From contig MU271440.1 in assembly GCA_021432655.1 (NCBI GenBank), positions 1-64,000 on the forward strand: a DNA stretch of 64,000 bases. The letters run 5' to 3'. The translations under genes were made by a program, and so were the position numbers. This stretch comes from Atractiella rhizophila. Its lineage: Eukaryota. The notes below the pieces were generated by a model. That model saw nothing but the letters and a program-made list of their open reading frames with translations, did not search any database and was not told the DNA's origin. Positions 26,803 through 43,439 of this stretch are shown piece after piece. Position 1 is the stretch's first letter; each line of letters starts with the position of its first letter.

Positions 26803-27568
26803 ATGTCTCTCGTACTCCCTCAGCCAGTCCTTCGCCACCTATACACGCTCCACGCCAACTTAGCAGCACCCCTCAACATTGGAGGTGGACCTTATGGCCA
26901 ACGTCGGAGTGTTGCTATCACGGGAGGGACTTTCGAAGGCCCTAGAATGAAGGGACGCATCGTGCCTGGTGGTGCAGATCACATGTGCGCTGGAAACCCT
27001 ATGCCCTGCGACAAGAGATGACGTTTGTGGATGTGAATGTGGTGTGCAGGGTCATTACGAAGGAGGGAGAAGCTTATGTCGACACGAGATACGACTTGGA
27101 AACAGTGGGTTTGTTTTCCTCTCTATCAGCTCATGTAGTGACCATGAAAAGGACGATGGAGCTTACATTTACGTCCAGTTCGCTCTTTCCCCTTCTCCTC
27201 CTCCCGGTCTGATCGAATGAAGTATAGAACGAAAGGAGTACGCCGCGGTCCTGCACACGTCTGCATTTTCTCTCCTGGTTAGTTGAGAAAAGCAGAGATA
27301 ATCCTCTACCACAGCTCCTCCAAGCGCTCTTAGGGGGTCTTCAAATCACGGAAGAGGAACAAAAACAGATCGAGATGCATGCCCATGCCTTCCTCGAGGC
27401 GGGGGATGAGAGGTAATGGTGCCCATCTCTGTCCATCAGAGAAAGGAGCTAATTGGCGTTGGTGAAAGGTATACGTGGCTTAACTCCATTTGTATCATCA
27501 TCAACGCAAAACGTGGACCGGAAGGCATCAGTTACGACGCGTGGGAAGTCGTTAGCGCACAAAATTGA
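26803..27568 (+). CDS. DUF3237/UPF0311 beta-barrel protein
   Basis: GPYGQRRSVAITGGTFEGPRMKGRIVPGGAD, DTRYDLET|DDGAYIYVQ, EAGDER|YTWLN; several short introns. Confidence 0.85.
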
Positions 27569-27821
27569 GTTGTCAGGATGGGAAAGAGCGAGTGGGAGAC
27601 ATGCGTCAAAGGCACAGTGAAAAGGTAGATATTGTAGAAGTTGGTGGCTAGAATTGTACAATGACTGAACTGAAACCGATTGACTACATCTCATCTTGCT
27701 GAGAGCTAACGCCCTATTACTTCCTCAGTTGCAGCAAATCAGCTGACGAGCTCCTGACAAGATCAGGCAGGATGAGTACGAACCATCCTCCCTTGTTATT
27801 TCCACCGAAGTCGCATCAATT

Positions 27822-30396
<2,575 letters not shown>

Positions 30397-30594
30397 TTAG
30401 CCTTATGCGTTTTATATGACGAGTGAATACGCTGTAGTAAAGGATATGGATGTGGATGTTGATGCAGCGTTGATGTTCAACGTTCAAAGTTGTGGAGTTG
30501 CCTTTCTTGGACGTTCCGTACAGGTGATGTCATGAACTTGCATCACATGCACCGATATTGCAAGCACTATCGAGGCGCTCAATAATACCTAACA

Positions 30595-31836
30595 ATGACT
30601 CTGAAATATCTTGTCAGTTTCTTCTGCCACGGTATGTCGACACCCAGCTGAAGAATGCAATCTCGGAATAGTCTTCGAAGTCTGCAGCTCTCCTAGACCA
30701 GCTCCTCATGCAACCCCGTGGTCCATTCACTCTCGCCCAGCTCATGTACTTCTCCATTCCCTAACGAAGTGTGCACTTGCTGAGTCAGTAGAGTATACAG
30801 GGAATTAGCTGGGTTAGCAGTGGCACAGGTGCCTTGTCTTGCCAATTGATGAACTCGACATGACATAATGATGCATCGCAAGAATAGTGTGCAGCAAGGG
30901 TCTTCCCACCTTCCAAATACAAGAAAGTTACTGTCTTTTGTGGACCGGGGAATCAGGGAGGTGATGGGCTTGTCGCAGCTCGGCATTTGTGTGCGTTCTC
31001 CCATTCTTTTTCTCGCCCTTTATCTCCCTCTGTCAACCTTAAGTGGTGACCGTTTTTGTTTGGAGCAGATCATTTTGGCTACTCTCCCACTATCATATAT
31101 CCTAAGCAAGGAAAGAACGCGTACTACTCCGTACTCGTAGAAGAGTGTAAATCTCTCCATCTACCCTTTGTTGACTATTCATCTGGGATATGGGAGAATA
31201 CAGATTTGACAGTCGACGCGATCTTTGGTACGTAACCTCTTTTTGGAGGCCATTGTGATGACAAACATGATGCAGGATTCAGCTTTGAAGGAGAACCAAG
31301 ACCCCCTTTCAATGTTATCCTGCAAGATTTTGCAAAAAATGGACGAGGAGACTTAACCAAAAAGACACCGGTATTGAGTGTCGACATTCCTTCTGGATGG
31401 GACGTCGATAAAGGCAATCTGGACCCTCCGACTTCCTTTGAACCCGGTATGATTTGACTCGCAATATGAGGCGATGGCTGATTCTATCGTAGATCTGCTT
31501 ATCTCGTTAACGGCACCTAAAACGGGCTCGCTCGACTACAAGGGGAAACATTGGTTAGGAGGGCGATTTGTGCCTCCGTATGTCCTTCGTTCTTTGATGT
31601 CGCCTCTGAAAGGAGGAGACAGTGACCTTGAAACTCTTTTTGATCTCGATCTTCCCAAATGGGACGAGACAAACATCGATCAGTGCATGGATATCTCGAG
31701 GTTAGGCCCTGGAGGGAAGGCTAGGGAGGTGAATGAGGGTATTGTTGAGGAGTGGAAGAGAGGCACGTTATTTCCTTGTTTCGGATCGATGTCGTCCAAT
31801 GACAATAATGGTTGGTCAGATGAAGGGAAGCTTTGA
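30595..31836 (+). CDS. NNR1: NAD(P)H-hydrate epimerase (YjeF_N / Nnr1)
   Basis: [68 protein letters not shown]. Confidence 0.9.
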
Positions 31837-32140
31837 TCCATGTTATAGGGCAGAAGTGTCGAATGATGGACCGTATGCGGTGATTGTTTCATACTGATTT
31901 ATTAAAGCTGAAAACAATGCATCCTTGCTAAACGCCTCACACCTAGGTTTCCATATCAGTCGCAGATCTATAAACTCAACTAAGTGGGACATCAACCTAA
32001 GTGCGAGCTGGGATTGTCGTTACAATTTCTCCGTTTGAACCTTGTTCCTCCTCTTACCTCGCTTCAAGGTGGACGATTTAAAGGTAAGTTGTTACAAGCA
32101 GCTCATTGTTTCAAAACAAAGTACACGACACCGTACGGAA

Positions 32141-35100
32141 TTATTTTTCTTTCCAATCCTCAAGATCCGTCCCACCGGCTAACAGGATTCCAGCCAGTGT
32201 GAATTTCCTCAGTTTTGTCCGGAGTTGGAAGATGAGGGTGGCGATCGAAAGCGCTCCAAACATTGCACCCGTTGCGATGAGTTGAGGCATCGAGACGCCT
32301 ACAGCATATCTCTCTCCCACAGGAGCCGATAAGGAGGACACGTTCCCCGCCACAGACTGACTGAAAATCTTTAACTGAGAGGTTATAATTTTATTGAAAC
32401 TTTTCGAGATATCTTTCCCTCCTCGCGGAATGCTCGAATTGACTCCAACGAGTGAATGAGAGATGGCGATTGAACCGGGGAGCAACCCGAATTGTAGGAA
32501 GGGGTGGAAAGATCCCAACGTGGAACCAGCGAGAGAGGATCCCAAAGAGTAGACTAAGAATGCCAGTTGGCTAAAGTCCAGGTTTCCAACTTTCTGGGCC
32601 GCCTCTTTCCTCGTATGAAAGGAGGCCATCCCGTTATAAATTGTAGCCGAAGAATTGTAGAGAATATCGATGTTCGGCTCACAGACGAGGGTTGTCAGTT
32701 TTGTGGGCACTTCGGCGAATTCTGAGGTAAATGAGCTGTCGTAAGTGGGGATGATGTCGTTTCGAAGCCAGGTTTGCCAATGAGACGAGAGGTTAGAGTG
32801 TGGAACGAAGTCCAGATTTACTTTCGAACCGGACGAAGAACCGAAAAGGGCCCAGGCAAAGAGTCCAGTAAAGACGTATCCCTTGTCTTCGTTCATCCTC
32901 TGAGGCCGTTGAAGAGGGTGGAACCACGGATATCCGACAGGAGGTGAGACGAGTCCTTTGACATGCTTGTCTGGGATCTCGATGCTGAGGAAAGTCGAAA
33001 TGTCGACCGCTGTATTCCACTCTTGCAGTCTCGGTGCAGTCCATTCGCATGCCATCTTCATGAGACCAAGGTCGGTATAAAACCTTATGCTCGCATTCCT
33101 ATCAAAGATCGTCTCTTGGGGCTGGAGGAAGTAATAGCCCTCGCCGTCAGTCTGTGGCATCTTCAATCCGACAACAGCTCCAAGCTCATGCTCCAGATAA
33201 GCGTAACCTTCCCCAAATTTAGCGGCTGCCTGGAAACCTGTTGGATTTTGAGTCCCATTACCAATCAAACTCTGTTCAGTAGCCCATGGAGCATTAGGGC
33301 CCAATGTGTTGTAGAGGGATGGTATATCGGCACTGAACGAGCTGACATTAGACAGTTTAAAATTTTGGATTGGTACCGGACGCAGGTGTAGTTGAATTGC
33401 TCCTTGGGAGATGAAAGAGCAAGCAGAAACGACGAGGAAAGATATGAAAGCGAGACGGTAATACCCTGATACAAGGAAGCGCGGTTTGAATAGAAGTGAA
33501 TAACGGGCTGAATCGAGCACCGAGGTTCTGTTATTGGAGATGGTATCAGCAGTTTTCATGAACTCTTCTCGATCCACCCGAGGGCACCTTGTCCAACGAT
33601 CAGAAAAGCGAGTCCATTCCTATGACCTGTGTAAAGGCGAAATTAATTAGGCTTGGACAGATGAAACGCACCTCGGATCTCAATTCTCGGATAGCACTCT
33701 GAGATCCTCCAAGGGCTAGTGTCCTCCAGAATCCTACTAGGATAGTGGATACGGTACTGACCAGGACCAACTGTGTGCTCCGCACCTCGATTGGAACCAA
33801 GACGTCGTGACGATAAGCATATGCCCCGAAAGCGACGAAAGCCGCTCCGACAGTAGGAGTAATGAAGGCAGCAAACTTTCTGACCCGACGCAACTCCCTC
33901 ACAAGCAGTCCCATCATAATGGGGGGTTGGAGTTCGATGGTCAAGGTCTTGAGGACTCCATTGGAAACTGGAAGGTATCGAATGCTAGTCATGCCATGAC
34001 TGAAGGCACAAAAAACTATGTCCTCTCCATCCGCCTCCATCCCGTCTCCTCCTGCTACATCTCTCGCGTACTCAGTGGCACTTGAGCCATTCAATCTTCC
34101 CCATCGATGCGCCTGCCCCGATCCCTTCCATTCAACCAACCTCAAGACGTTGGAAACAGACAACCGTGTTGCATGGGGCTTCTCCTTCCTTTGTAAGAGG
34201 AGAACATAACCGCCTACAATAGAAACAAGGATGTAGAAGACACCTACTGCCCAAAGGAATTCGTTCTGGGACTTGAGTGCAAGCCCCAGCCTCTGTCCTT
34301 GGCTTTCAACCTTCATCTTTCCATAAGGGCCTCTATCCAGATATGCGGGCAGAGCACCTTGGACAAGACTGGTGAACAGCGGTCCCAAGGAAGATTCGTT
34401 CGCAGGTGTGTACACAAGAAGAAACCCTGTTCCTGGCGGCGGTGGGTTGAAGGGCAGGACGAGAAAAGCGAACGGAGAATGAGTACTAAAATCCAGGAGG
34501 CAGTCGCTCATCGCAATCTTGAGCTGGGTTTCGTCGATGTTACCTACTCGAAAAGCAAGGGGATCATCTGATCTCCATAACGTAGATCCTAACGCTGTAA
34601 TCGTGTACGCCGGAATGGTGACCTGAGGGAGACAGAGAAGCATTGACACGTCAGTCGTGATTGAGTCCTCGTTGGTAGTCGCCCATTCCTGCTGGTACGG
34701 AGCCCATGCGAGGGGGATAGATGAACGAGGAGAGGAGGAAAGGTCAATCCACCAGTTTCGAGCCATTTGTATGTCGTTCAAAGGTGCTGCTTGCACGACA
34801 ATCATGAGAGCTCCGTCAAATGACGGGACCCATGTAACGTTGTCAGCGGCTAGTCTGTAAACAGTATCGAGTAAGTCAATGGCTATCACAGAGATTAGCG
34901 CTCTGTGATTAACGTCTGGGGGCTCAAGCAAACGGAGAGGGGACTTACTACCCGGAAAGAAAGGTGCTCTTCCACTTCCCAAGTAGCCACCTCCGGCATA
35001 GATAGCTCTGTTGCGAAAAGCCTCCTGGGTGCTATTCCCAACTGGATCACCGGTAGTCGGTGCCATCCAGGAGCAAGTATAAGGTATGAGGGGGAAGTCG

Positions 35101-35973
35101 GTTGCATATTCTTCACCGTGCTCTGTAAACGAAATATTCGGAAGGGGTACGATCGCGTCAGGAAAATTCCTGTAGGCCCGAATAGGAGTCCCCAATAACT
35201 GAGCTTGTAAGTAGACTGTTGACAGTTCGGAGGCAAGAGAAGCTGTGCGACTGAACGGTACGGATAGATTGGAGTGAATGGATAGCGGTGGTAGAGAGGG
35301 GATAGAAATCGAGTGGAGACCAACGGAATACCAGCCTGTTTTCGAGGCATCAGTATAAAGTTGATTTCGAGTATTAGGAGTGCAAACCTGGGACGAGTTG
35401 CAAGAGTGAAGGAGCGAATTCATTTAGACCTAAACTGAGGAGCGCACTGAGGAAGACGCTTTTGAAGGCTTTCGAACTGCCTCCAAAGAAAGTGAACAAA
35501 TCTACAGCTTGTCGAAGAGCGCCACCCAAGTTCGATGAGACATGGTTCAGATGCGCGAAAGGAACTCCTGTCCCTTCACTCCTGCCATCTCCCTGAGAGG
35601 CAACCGTAAGGCGCCGAAACCACTCCTCCGATCGCACTTTGTCAACAAGATTTCCAACAAAGAGAAGGGAGATAAAGATCCAAATGTTAGCTGCCGCCGT
35701 AATCGCTCCTCGTATTTCAGTAGCGTGTTCAGTGGACGAAGACACAATGATGTCTGTACTGGAATATGAAACATAGATACAAAAGCCCACGTAAATGAAC
35801 CCCAAAACAGAAGGTAAAAAAGCATCTAACACCTGAGAGAGCCACGATTGTGAATTTGTGTCATCATCAAAAAGAATCGGAGAGATATTGTGGTTATCGT
35901 TAGCTGAGTCCTCCTCCTTAAGGGGAGTGGAGGAATCTTGAGAGGCTGAATGGAAAGCTCTAACCGGGAACAT
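32141..35973 (-). CDS. Large (~1,200 aa) multi-pass membrane protein of unknown function with an internal two-fold repeat; paralog of 59478-63344
   Basis: ORFs 35374-35973, 33600-35423 and 32141-33577 join through short introns; TM segments alternate with N-glycosylation-site-rich domains. Confidence 0.8.
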
Positions 35974-37837
35974 AGCCGGCGGTATCTTGCTGCAAGAGCA
36001 CGTAAGGAAAATGAGGGAGCGTTTGCTTTAATAGCCTCTCAGCAGGTGTCTTGGCAAAAGAACAAAATTGAATGTGACATTTAATCGCCACCCTTCTCTC
36101 ACTGCATTGGCGTGAATAGAAAAAGCAGTTGGCGGAGCAGCTAACAATGATAAGCTGTCAAAGTGCGCCGTTCTTTGAAACTTATCAAATCAAGGGACCA
36201 GATAATCCAGGAGTTGTAGAAGAACTTCTTCTAGAATATGCTTCCCAGATTTTTGGGATCGTATCGCTAATATTCTAGAAGAAGTCATTCTAATTGCGAA
36301 TGGCAGGACGGCTCCATACCAATTGTTCGACGTGCAGGAACAAGCTTGGGAGCAGCGGAGATTGGATTTTCAGTAGATTCTAAGAAGCATTAGAGCCCCA
36401 TACAACAGAAACGTCAAGAAGGGCTTCTATGCAAATATTTACAACTCCTCATCAATCTCATTCTCATTCCCATCGCTCTAAGTATTAAGTATGGACGAGA
36501 AACTGACACTTCGTTAACTACTTTTAAAGTAATTTGCACAACCTATAGACAATAAATCGAAGCAGGCCACTCCATGTTTCATATTTCCAAGTTATCGCTC
36601 CCGTGTCGGGTCACGAGTGCATGCAGGTGCTCGAGAACAGTCTGGACGAACAAATGGGGCAGCTTGGTGTGAGTATAGATCGGTATAGCCGCCTTGCCGC
36701 CAAGTACATGACGGGGCTTGCGTTATTTTCGTTAGGTCGCTAGCCATGGCGTCTTTAGCGCTATAGCACCTGAGCAACCCTGCGAGATGAGACAGGAGTC
36801 CGTATTATTTACTCCATGTCGACCTAGACTCCTGGCTATATTCGATGTGTGGGACGATGTAGTTTTCTGCCTCCATTCATACACTCCTAATTATAAAGGA
36901 GGCAGGGAGCCATGCCCCCTTGGCCCCGATAGCTTCCATCAGAATATATTTGTGATAGAAACAAGGGATCAGTGGAGTGTAGACGGTATTTATTGAAGAT
37001 ACCATGAAGGAGAGTTTCGCAACCTAACACTCCACACAATAATGCCCCTTCCCGCTCTCGGTTCACTTTTTGAAGAAACCTGATCGCTTGAAATGCCTCA
37101 CACGCTAACTATGCTTGATCGAAGGAAAGAGTTCAGCCTGGAAGGCACGAGACTGTCAAATCATAGCTTATATAATTGTCGCTTTCTCTTTTAGCTGGGC
37201 ACAAAATTACACCAGTAGTTTGGTGAGGAGCAACTTACAGGTTAGCCGCGCCAAAGCACTCATCCAGGTATACATCCTCACGATCCCAATTTTAGTTTTA
37301 GAGGCAATATTCAGAGGCTCTTGCTTTTAAACAGGCCTGTCAACTTCTGTCTCAGGGGTTCGACATGCCCCTCACATGTTTGTGGATTTTGACAGTGGCA
37401 ATGTGACCTTAAGTGCTATTAGGAGGCGACCCCTTGCAAGCTTGAGTGGATCACAGTGGATGCTCGAACTTCGAGCTTGAAGCTCGCAACAGTGCCCACG
37501 AAATGTTAGTCAAAATCGGCTGAATGTTCATATGTTCTGATGCTCCAACTCCGCTCATCGCAATCTGGCTGAATCGCAATAAGAGTTGTGGGCCTGTCCG
37601 GCATTTCCCTCCCAATTAATTCAACACTGGCAAGGAAGAAAGAGCTTCCTGCCTCGCTGGACGATATTTTAACATACCCCGCGTCTATGCCGCCCCACGA
37701 CTTACCCCACCTCCGATCGAATTTGCTGACGCCACGCAGGCTAGAGCTGATCCGGCAAGAGACCGTCTAACACGTATAAAAGCTTCCTCCACTTCTGGAC
37801 CCTGTTAACGGTCCCGGGGAGGAGGAAAGACGAAAAG

Positions 37838-39792
37838 ATGAGCACGTCCTATATCTATGGAGTTGGCGCGTTTGCGGCTATTGGAAGTTTGCTTTTCGGG
37901 TGCGTCATTTCTCTCTTTCCCTATTGGAGAATTTTGTTGCTCAGTCTCCCACAGATTCGACACTGGAATTGCGACCACAACCATTGCCCATGATTCATGG
38001 AAGGAATGTACGCTTTGGAATATTGTGGATAATCGGTTTTGGTTGACCTCAAGCCTTAGACATGGGACATCCCAGCAAAGCAGCTACCGGCGCTGTCGTG
38101 GCGGTCTACATCGGCGGAGAAGCGATTGGCGCGATATTGCAGACACTGATTGGTTTGTCTTCACAGTTATCACGGATTTGTCTCATCGCGTTCCGCTTTC
38201 AGGCGATTACCTGGGTCGTATCCGTTTCATGCAGCTCATGTGCATCATCGTCACCGTCGGGGTGACGATACAAACCGCCTCCCAAGGCTTTGGAATGTTC
38301 CTTGCTGGTCGTGCGATCGCTGGAGCAGCAGTGGGAGGACTCATCTCAACGGTACCGATATACAACTCAGAAATCAGCCCGCCAAATGTGCGTCCAGTGG
38401 CATCCTCATATGGGTAGAAATTCTGAGTGACTTTGTAGATTCGAGGGGTTGTAGCTGGCTTTTCAGGTGTGATGATTGCCCTCGGAACCTCGCTTTCGAA
38501 TTGGGTTGGATTTGCCTGCTCCTATGCACCAGATGGACCAGTTCAGTGGCGCCTCCCTCTTGCCTTGTTCGTCTCTTTTCGGTCCGTTCCTGATTATGGG
38601 AAGCTGACAATGTCTGAAGGCAAATCCCTTGGGGCGTCATCCTTTTCTTCGGCCTGCAGTTTTATCTTCCAGACTCCGCACGGTGGCTTATTCGCAATGG
38701 GCGGGATGAAGAGGCTTTGAGAGCTTTCAAACGAGTTAGACAAGAGCTAACAGTGGTACGTCCTGCACTGTTGTGACCTTTGTACAGGGCTGACAGATTG
38801 GATGTAGGCTGAAGTAGAGCACGAATTTACAGTTATGCGTCAACAGATTCTTTATGAAAAAGAGACGGAGGTTACGAGTTATAGAGAAATTTTCACGAGG
38901 TACAGGACGAGGGCCATGGTTTCTATAGCTGTGCAGGTTCGCCGTCCTCTTTCAAAGAGAAAGTATGTGCTAATGGGAGAGGCGTGGGCAGACGATGACG
39001 AGCTTGACGGGTGTGAATGTTATACAATATTATCAAACGACGCTTTACAAATCCTTGGGAATAAATGGACACAGTATGTCATCCCTGCCACTGTCAGAAC
39101 GAAAACTGAAAAGAACACCTTCACTAGTGATTCTCGCACTGGCTGCTATCTACGGCACAGTTGGCCTCATTGCGAATTATTTTACTACCTTCTACCTCGC
39201 TGATCGCTGGGGTCGTCGTCCGCTCCTGCTCTTCGGGCTTGCTGCAGTAATCCTGGACGAGATCTACTCTGCAGTCATGACCCGCTACTTCCAACATTCG
39301 GATAACAGGGTGGGAAAAGGATTCGCGATTCTCGGCATCTATCTTTTTGTGGTGATTTACTGTAGGTCCATTCTAGCTTCGCTTTCGTTTCCCTTTTCAC
39401 TGATGGGGTGTCTAGACGGCATGATCAATTCTACCACCTGGCTGTACGGCGCAGAAGTCCTTCCCGTCTCCATCCGCTCAAAAGTTATGGGTCTCGCCTC
39501 CTTCTCCCATTTCGCGGTCAACGTCGGAATAACTGAAGCGGGTCCATCTGCTTTTGCCAACATTGGTTACAAATACTACTTCGTCTTCGTTGGATGCACG
39601 ACGTTCTTCTTTATTTTCGGACTCTTTTACTATAAGGAGACGAAGGGGAAGACTCTTGAGGAGATCGCGAAGGTGTTCAGTGACAAGACCTACGATGACG
39701 AGAAGCCGGAGAAATTAGAGGATGAGGAGAAGAGAGAGGATGAGTGGAGGAGCGTGACAAGTGTGAACAGTGAGAAGGATAGAGCTGTTTGA
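37838..39792 (+). CDS. MFS sugar porter
   Basis: FAAIGSLLFG|FDTG, GDYLGR, GRAIAG...VPIYNSEISPP, WRLPLAL, PDSARWL, LTGVNVIQYY, ADRWGRRPLL, YGAEVLPVSIRSK, KETKGKTLEEI. Confidence 0.92.
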
Positions 39793-40020
39793 GTTCCGTT
39801 CCCATACCTTTCTGTGGTGTGCATCATGAAGTAGCAGTGCATCGGTTCGTATGCTTACATAGCAGTAAATAAAAGAAGTGCATTATCGGTTGTCAATGTA
39901 ACCAAAGAAATGTGAGGTGGTCTAGCTATACACATGTACTCCGGTTCCCAAGCAGTCAATGAAGCGAATCTAGCCTTCCCTCCTAATAGAATAAGTGGAA
40001 GAGGCATCCAACTCGAAAAT

Positions 40021-40741
40021 TCAGGCAATCAGTCCCTCCATATCTGAGCTTGACTGGACCTCCATCCCACCCTCATCCGACAACACCTCCTTCTTCCTCC
40101 GCTCAAGCACGGTAAGGAAACCTTCCCGCCCAACACCCGCATTCTTCTCATATCTCTCGATGCTCCATTTCTCCACTCTTTTCCGGAGCATCTCGGCGGT
40201 CTTCCCTGCACGCGCATCTGCGAGTGCACGGAAAGATGTGGAACCGGAAGAAGACGGGGAGTAGGATATCGTTTCTCGTAGTGAGAGGAGAGAGCACATG
40301 GACAGGTTGGTGGAGGACGAGAGAATGACGGGTTCTGAAGATGGCGAAGAGAGGGAGACAAAGGTCGTCTCGCGAATCCAGGCTTTTGATGATCCTCCAA
40401 GTAACTATTACATAGCACCCATCAGAAAACCACCTACAGTGAACAGGAGAAGAACAATAGAACAGACTAGGACGAAATGCTCACCCGTAAAATCCAAGCG
40501 GGACAATTTTGTTCCACTCCAATCAGCCTTTCTGTACGTAGGACGTTACCAGGAAGGACGGAGCAACTGAGAACGTCCACACTCTTCACATGCGGAGCAG
40601 AAGGATTGGGGTACTTCTGAAAGAGAGAGGAGGCCACATCTATAGTGCCACAGATCATCTATCCCGACCCCATTTTGCTTGAGGAGTAGTAGACTTACGA
40701 GTAAAAGAGTACGGTAAAGAATAAGAATTGAGGAATAACAT
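40021..40741 (-). CDS. PRELI/MSF1 (Ups2/Ups3-like) mitochondrial lipid-transfer protein
   Basis: LFQKYPNPSAPHVKSVDVL...LRTERLIGVEQNCPAWI, STNLSM...ETISY, ERYEKNAGVGREGF. The first exon junctions are uncertain. Confidence 0.8.
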
Positions 40742-41474
40742 GTCGATTAGCTGGATTGAAATACTAGGCTACTTTTCACTTTGACTGCTCGCAATCCTAA
40801 AGTCGCAGCTAGAACAAGAAATCTATTCGCCCCCTTGAAATCTATGCGCTAAAGAGTGCCGTAAAGAGTCGTTTATTGACCGTCTGCTAGGCCACGCCGC
40901 TGGAAAGTCCCGCGAAGAAAGGCAGGAAGATTGAAGAAAGAAAATGGAACTGTTAGAAACAGGTGATGGTCGTTGAAATTCGCCACCGGCCCAGAATCCG
41001 CCCGACTGATATCTTCCAAGAATGGCAGATGCCGACAAGACAGGCGAGACACTCAGCTGAACGACTTTCAGGCTGAAACATGACATGCATCTCAACTGCT
41101 GCTGTAGTCTGTCACAGATCCACGCCTCAAATCCCAAATCCCAAATCCCTCTTCTCTAATGTATATTTTCTCTTTTCCGCACACGATATAGCGATAACAA
41201 TTTCCGTCCTCCGTTCATAACACCATGAGGTAAATTGAGGCGGGAGCCTTCCATAGGCCGTCTTATTGATATTTTGGAGCTGCATCTCTGATGTGAACCG
41301 CTTCAAAGCGAAGCCAGCTCACCAGTAGCATGAGATATCTAGTCACGTGGGCCTCTTTCGATCGAAGTCATTTCACTCTTAAAGTAAAGACGATTGTCCT
41401 GCCACTTTATTGTTTTCACATTTTTTAAATCTCAAACTACCTCCCCTCCTTCAAACTCTATTTATTGGGCACCT

Positions 41475-43060
41475 ATGGATGATCTTCATAAACTCGACGT
41501 TATTGATGACTCTGTCGGAGGCAGGACTTCTTTTCTCAAGCTTTGGATTCACAGAAATTGTTCATTACTTCGTCTTGATGGATCCCAAGAAGATAGCAAG
41601 CGTATCGACGATATTGAGCAGACCATCCAATTTCTCCGTGACACTTGGAAAGCTAATGGTGGTGAATACACCGAAAATCGACTTGAATTGAAGGCCACCA
41701 TTTTGAGCGCCATTTTAAACAAAGATATCGGCTTAAAGGTCGCCTCTCCTGCCAACAAGCCGAAGCTTTTGAGCGATGCCTGTCTGAATGGAATCAACGA
41801 AAAGACAGAAGCGAACCGTCGCAACCCCTTCTTGAATCTACCAAACGAGACTTTGTCAACCATCTTTTACGAGGCTCTCCATGTAGAAGGCGTTAGAGTG
41901 AATAGACACATGAACTGGAAGTGGCTTTGTATCTGCAAGAGGCTCTTCCCCATTGTATATCCTCTATTTACCAAGTTGTTTGTTAATGATGGCGAATGCA
42001 GGTCTTGCGCGAACTCTCAGCGGATCCCATTGCGCTTAACGACCGAAGGTCAATGTGGGCTTTCTTGCGCATGCTGAACCGCGTGCGCGTCGAAGACATC
42101 CGACATCTGACCATTCGAGTATCTCCCGGAAATGTTTTCGACGACGGAGTCGTATCTAAAATCGTCGGATTGTGCTCCCGCATCACCACTCTAAGTATTA
42201 ATCCTTACCCCTACCGCTCTGCCTATTCTGGTTATTCTAGCGATTCGACTTCCAAAGCCGATTCGATTGCTTTTTTTGCAGATATTTTGCAAACGTTGCA
42301 GCCTGTTAAGAATCAGATCAGAACATTATACCTCGCGGACAATGGATCAACATTGTTCTGGACAGTGTTGAAGGCTTTTCCGCGTGTTACCCATCTTGGA
42401 CTGCATTCAGGTTATTTAGACGCCAGGCAATGGACTCAAATGACACACTTAGGGAGGTCTTCTTCCTTCGGAGTCCAGGCCCCGGAAAGCGACATGGACC
42501 TTTCAGAGATATTGCCTTCTCAGCTTACGACATTACGGACACTGGGAGACTCCTCTTTGATCTACGTTATGCAGCATATCAAACAAGCCAATGGATCGTT
42601 CCCAAGCCTTCACGTTCTCGACTTTAGCTTTGGCAGCGATATAGAGCTCATGTATTACATTCTCGAAGCAATTTCCCCATCCATTCAGGACCTTTCTGTT
42701 GACTGCGACAACACCACCTCCCACAGGTTTTACAACATCCTGGCAAAGTGCACCGAACTGAAGGTGCTAAAACTCAATGGTCTTGTATTGACGACTTGGG
42801 ACGTAAATTCGGCCGGTGTATTCCAACCGTCACTGCGACAACTCACCCTGCATCGATGTGCAGGGAAAGCCATGAATTGGGGTCTGTGGAAATTACCTCT
42901 GAAAGGGAGCCAGATCAAGGTTCTGATATTGTCTGGAGGGTCCTATACCAAATCGATGTCAGAAACCGAAAAATGGAGCGCCACCAGGTCGACAATTGTC
43001 AAATATTGTCGTGGGAAAGGTATCGACTTGGTACTACCGAAGAAAGGCGAACACAGCTAG
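41475..43060 (+). CDS. F-box/LRR-like protein with N-terminal extension
   Basis: FLNLPNETLSTIF...LCICKRLFPI; a 46-nt intron (41956-42001, GTATAT...GCAG) joins ORFs 41394-42077 and 41996-43060 in frame; LRR-like FPRVTHLGL, FPSLHVLDF, LKVLKL, LRQLTL. Confidence 0.8.
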
Positions 43061-43439
43061 TTGTCTTCTATTTGCTCTCAACGTTACTGTAACGGCACGT
43101 ATAATTCTTTGTTTTTGGTTCTATGCTGAAACTGGCACTGAGCACCCTTCAATTCATGGAGCCGCCGTTGAAGACGGTAAAGTGATTCCAAGGTGCGATA
43201 AATAACTAGCATGGGCTGGGTCGATTTAGCTCAACTTGCGAAGGAAAGGATATTTCATGGGGACATCGTGTAGACACTGATAGCTAAAGGGTGTGGAACT
43301 TTGACAGTCCACCACAAGCGACAACAGAAAATTTGCATATGTTTGCGCCGCCTCCTCAACATGATCTGTTAATCGTACGATGTTCGACTAATACATTTGC
43401 TGTCACCCATAGGTCCTGCTTAAAGGGGAGAGGACATAC

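Noticed and set aside
41127..41148. (CAAATCC)3 repeat
   Set aside because: Ordinary short microsatellite.
41940..42010. Apparent frameshift between two F-box ORFs
   Set aside because: Resolved by a canonical 46-nt intron.
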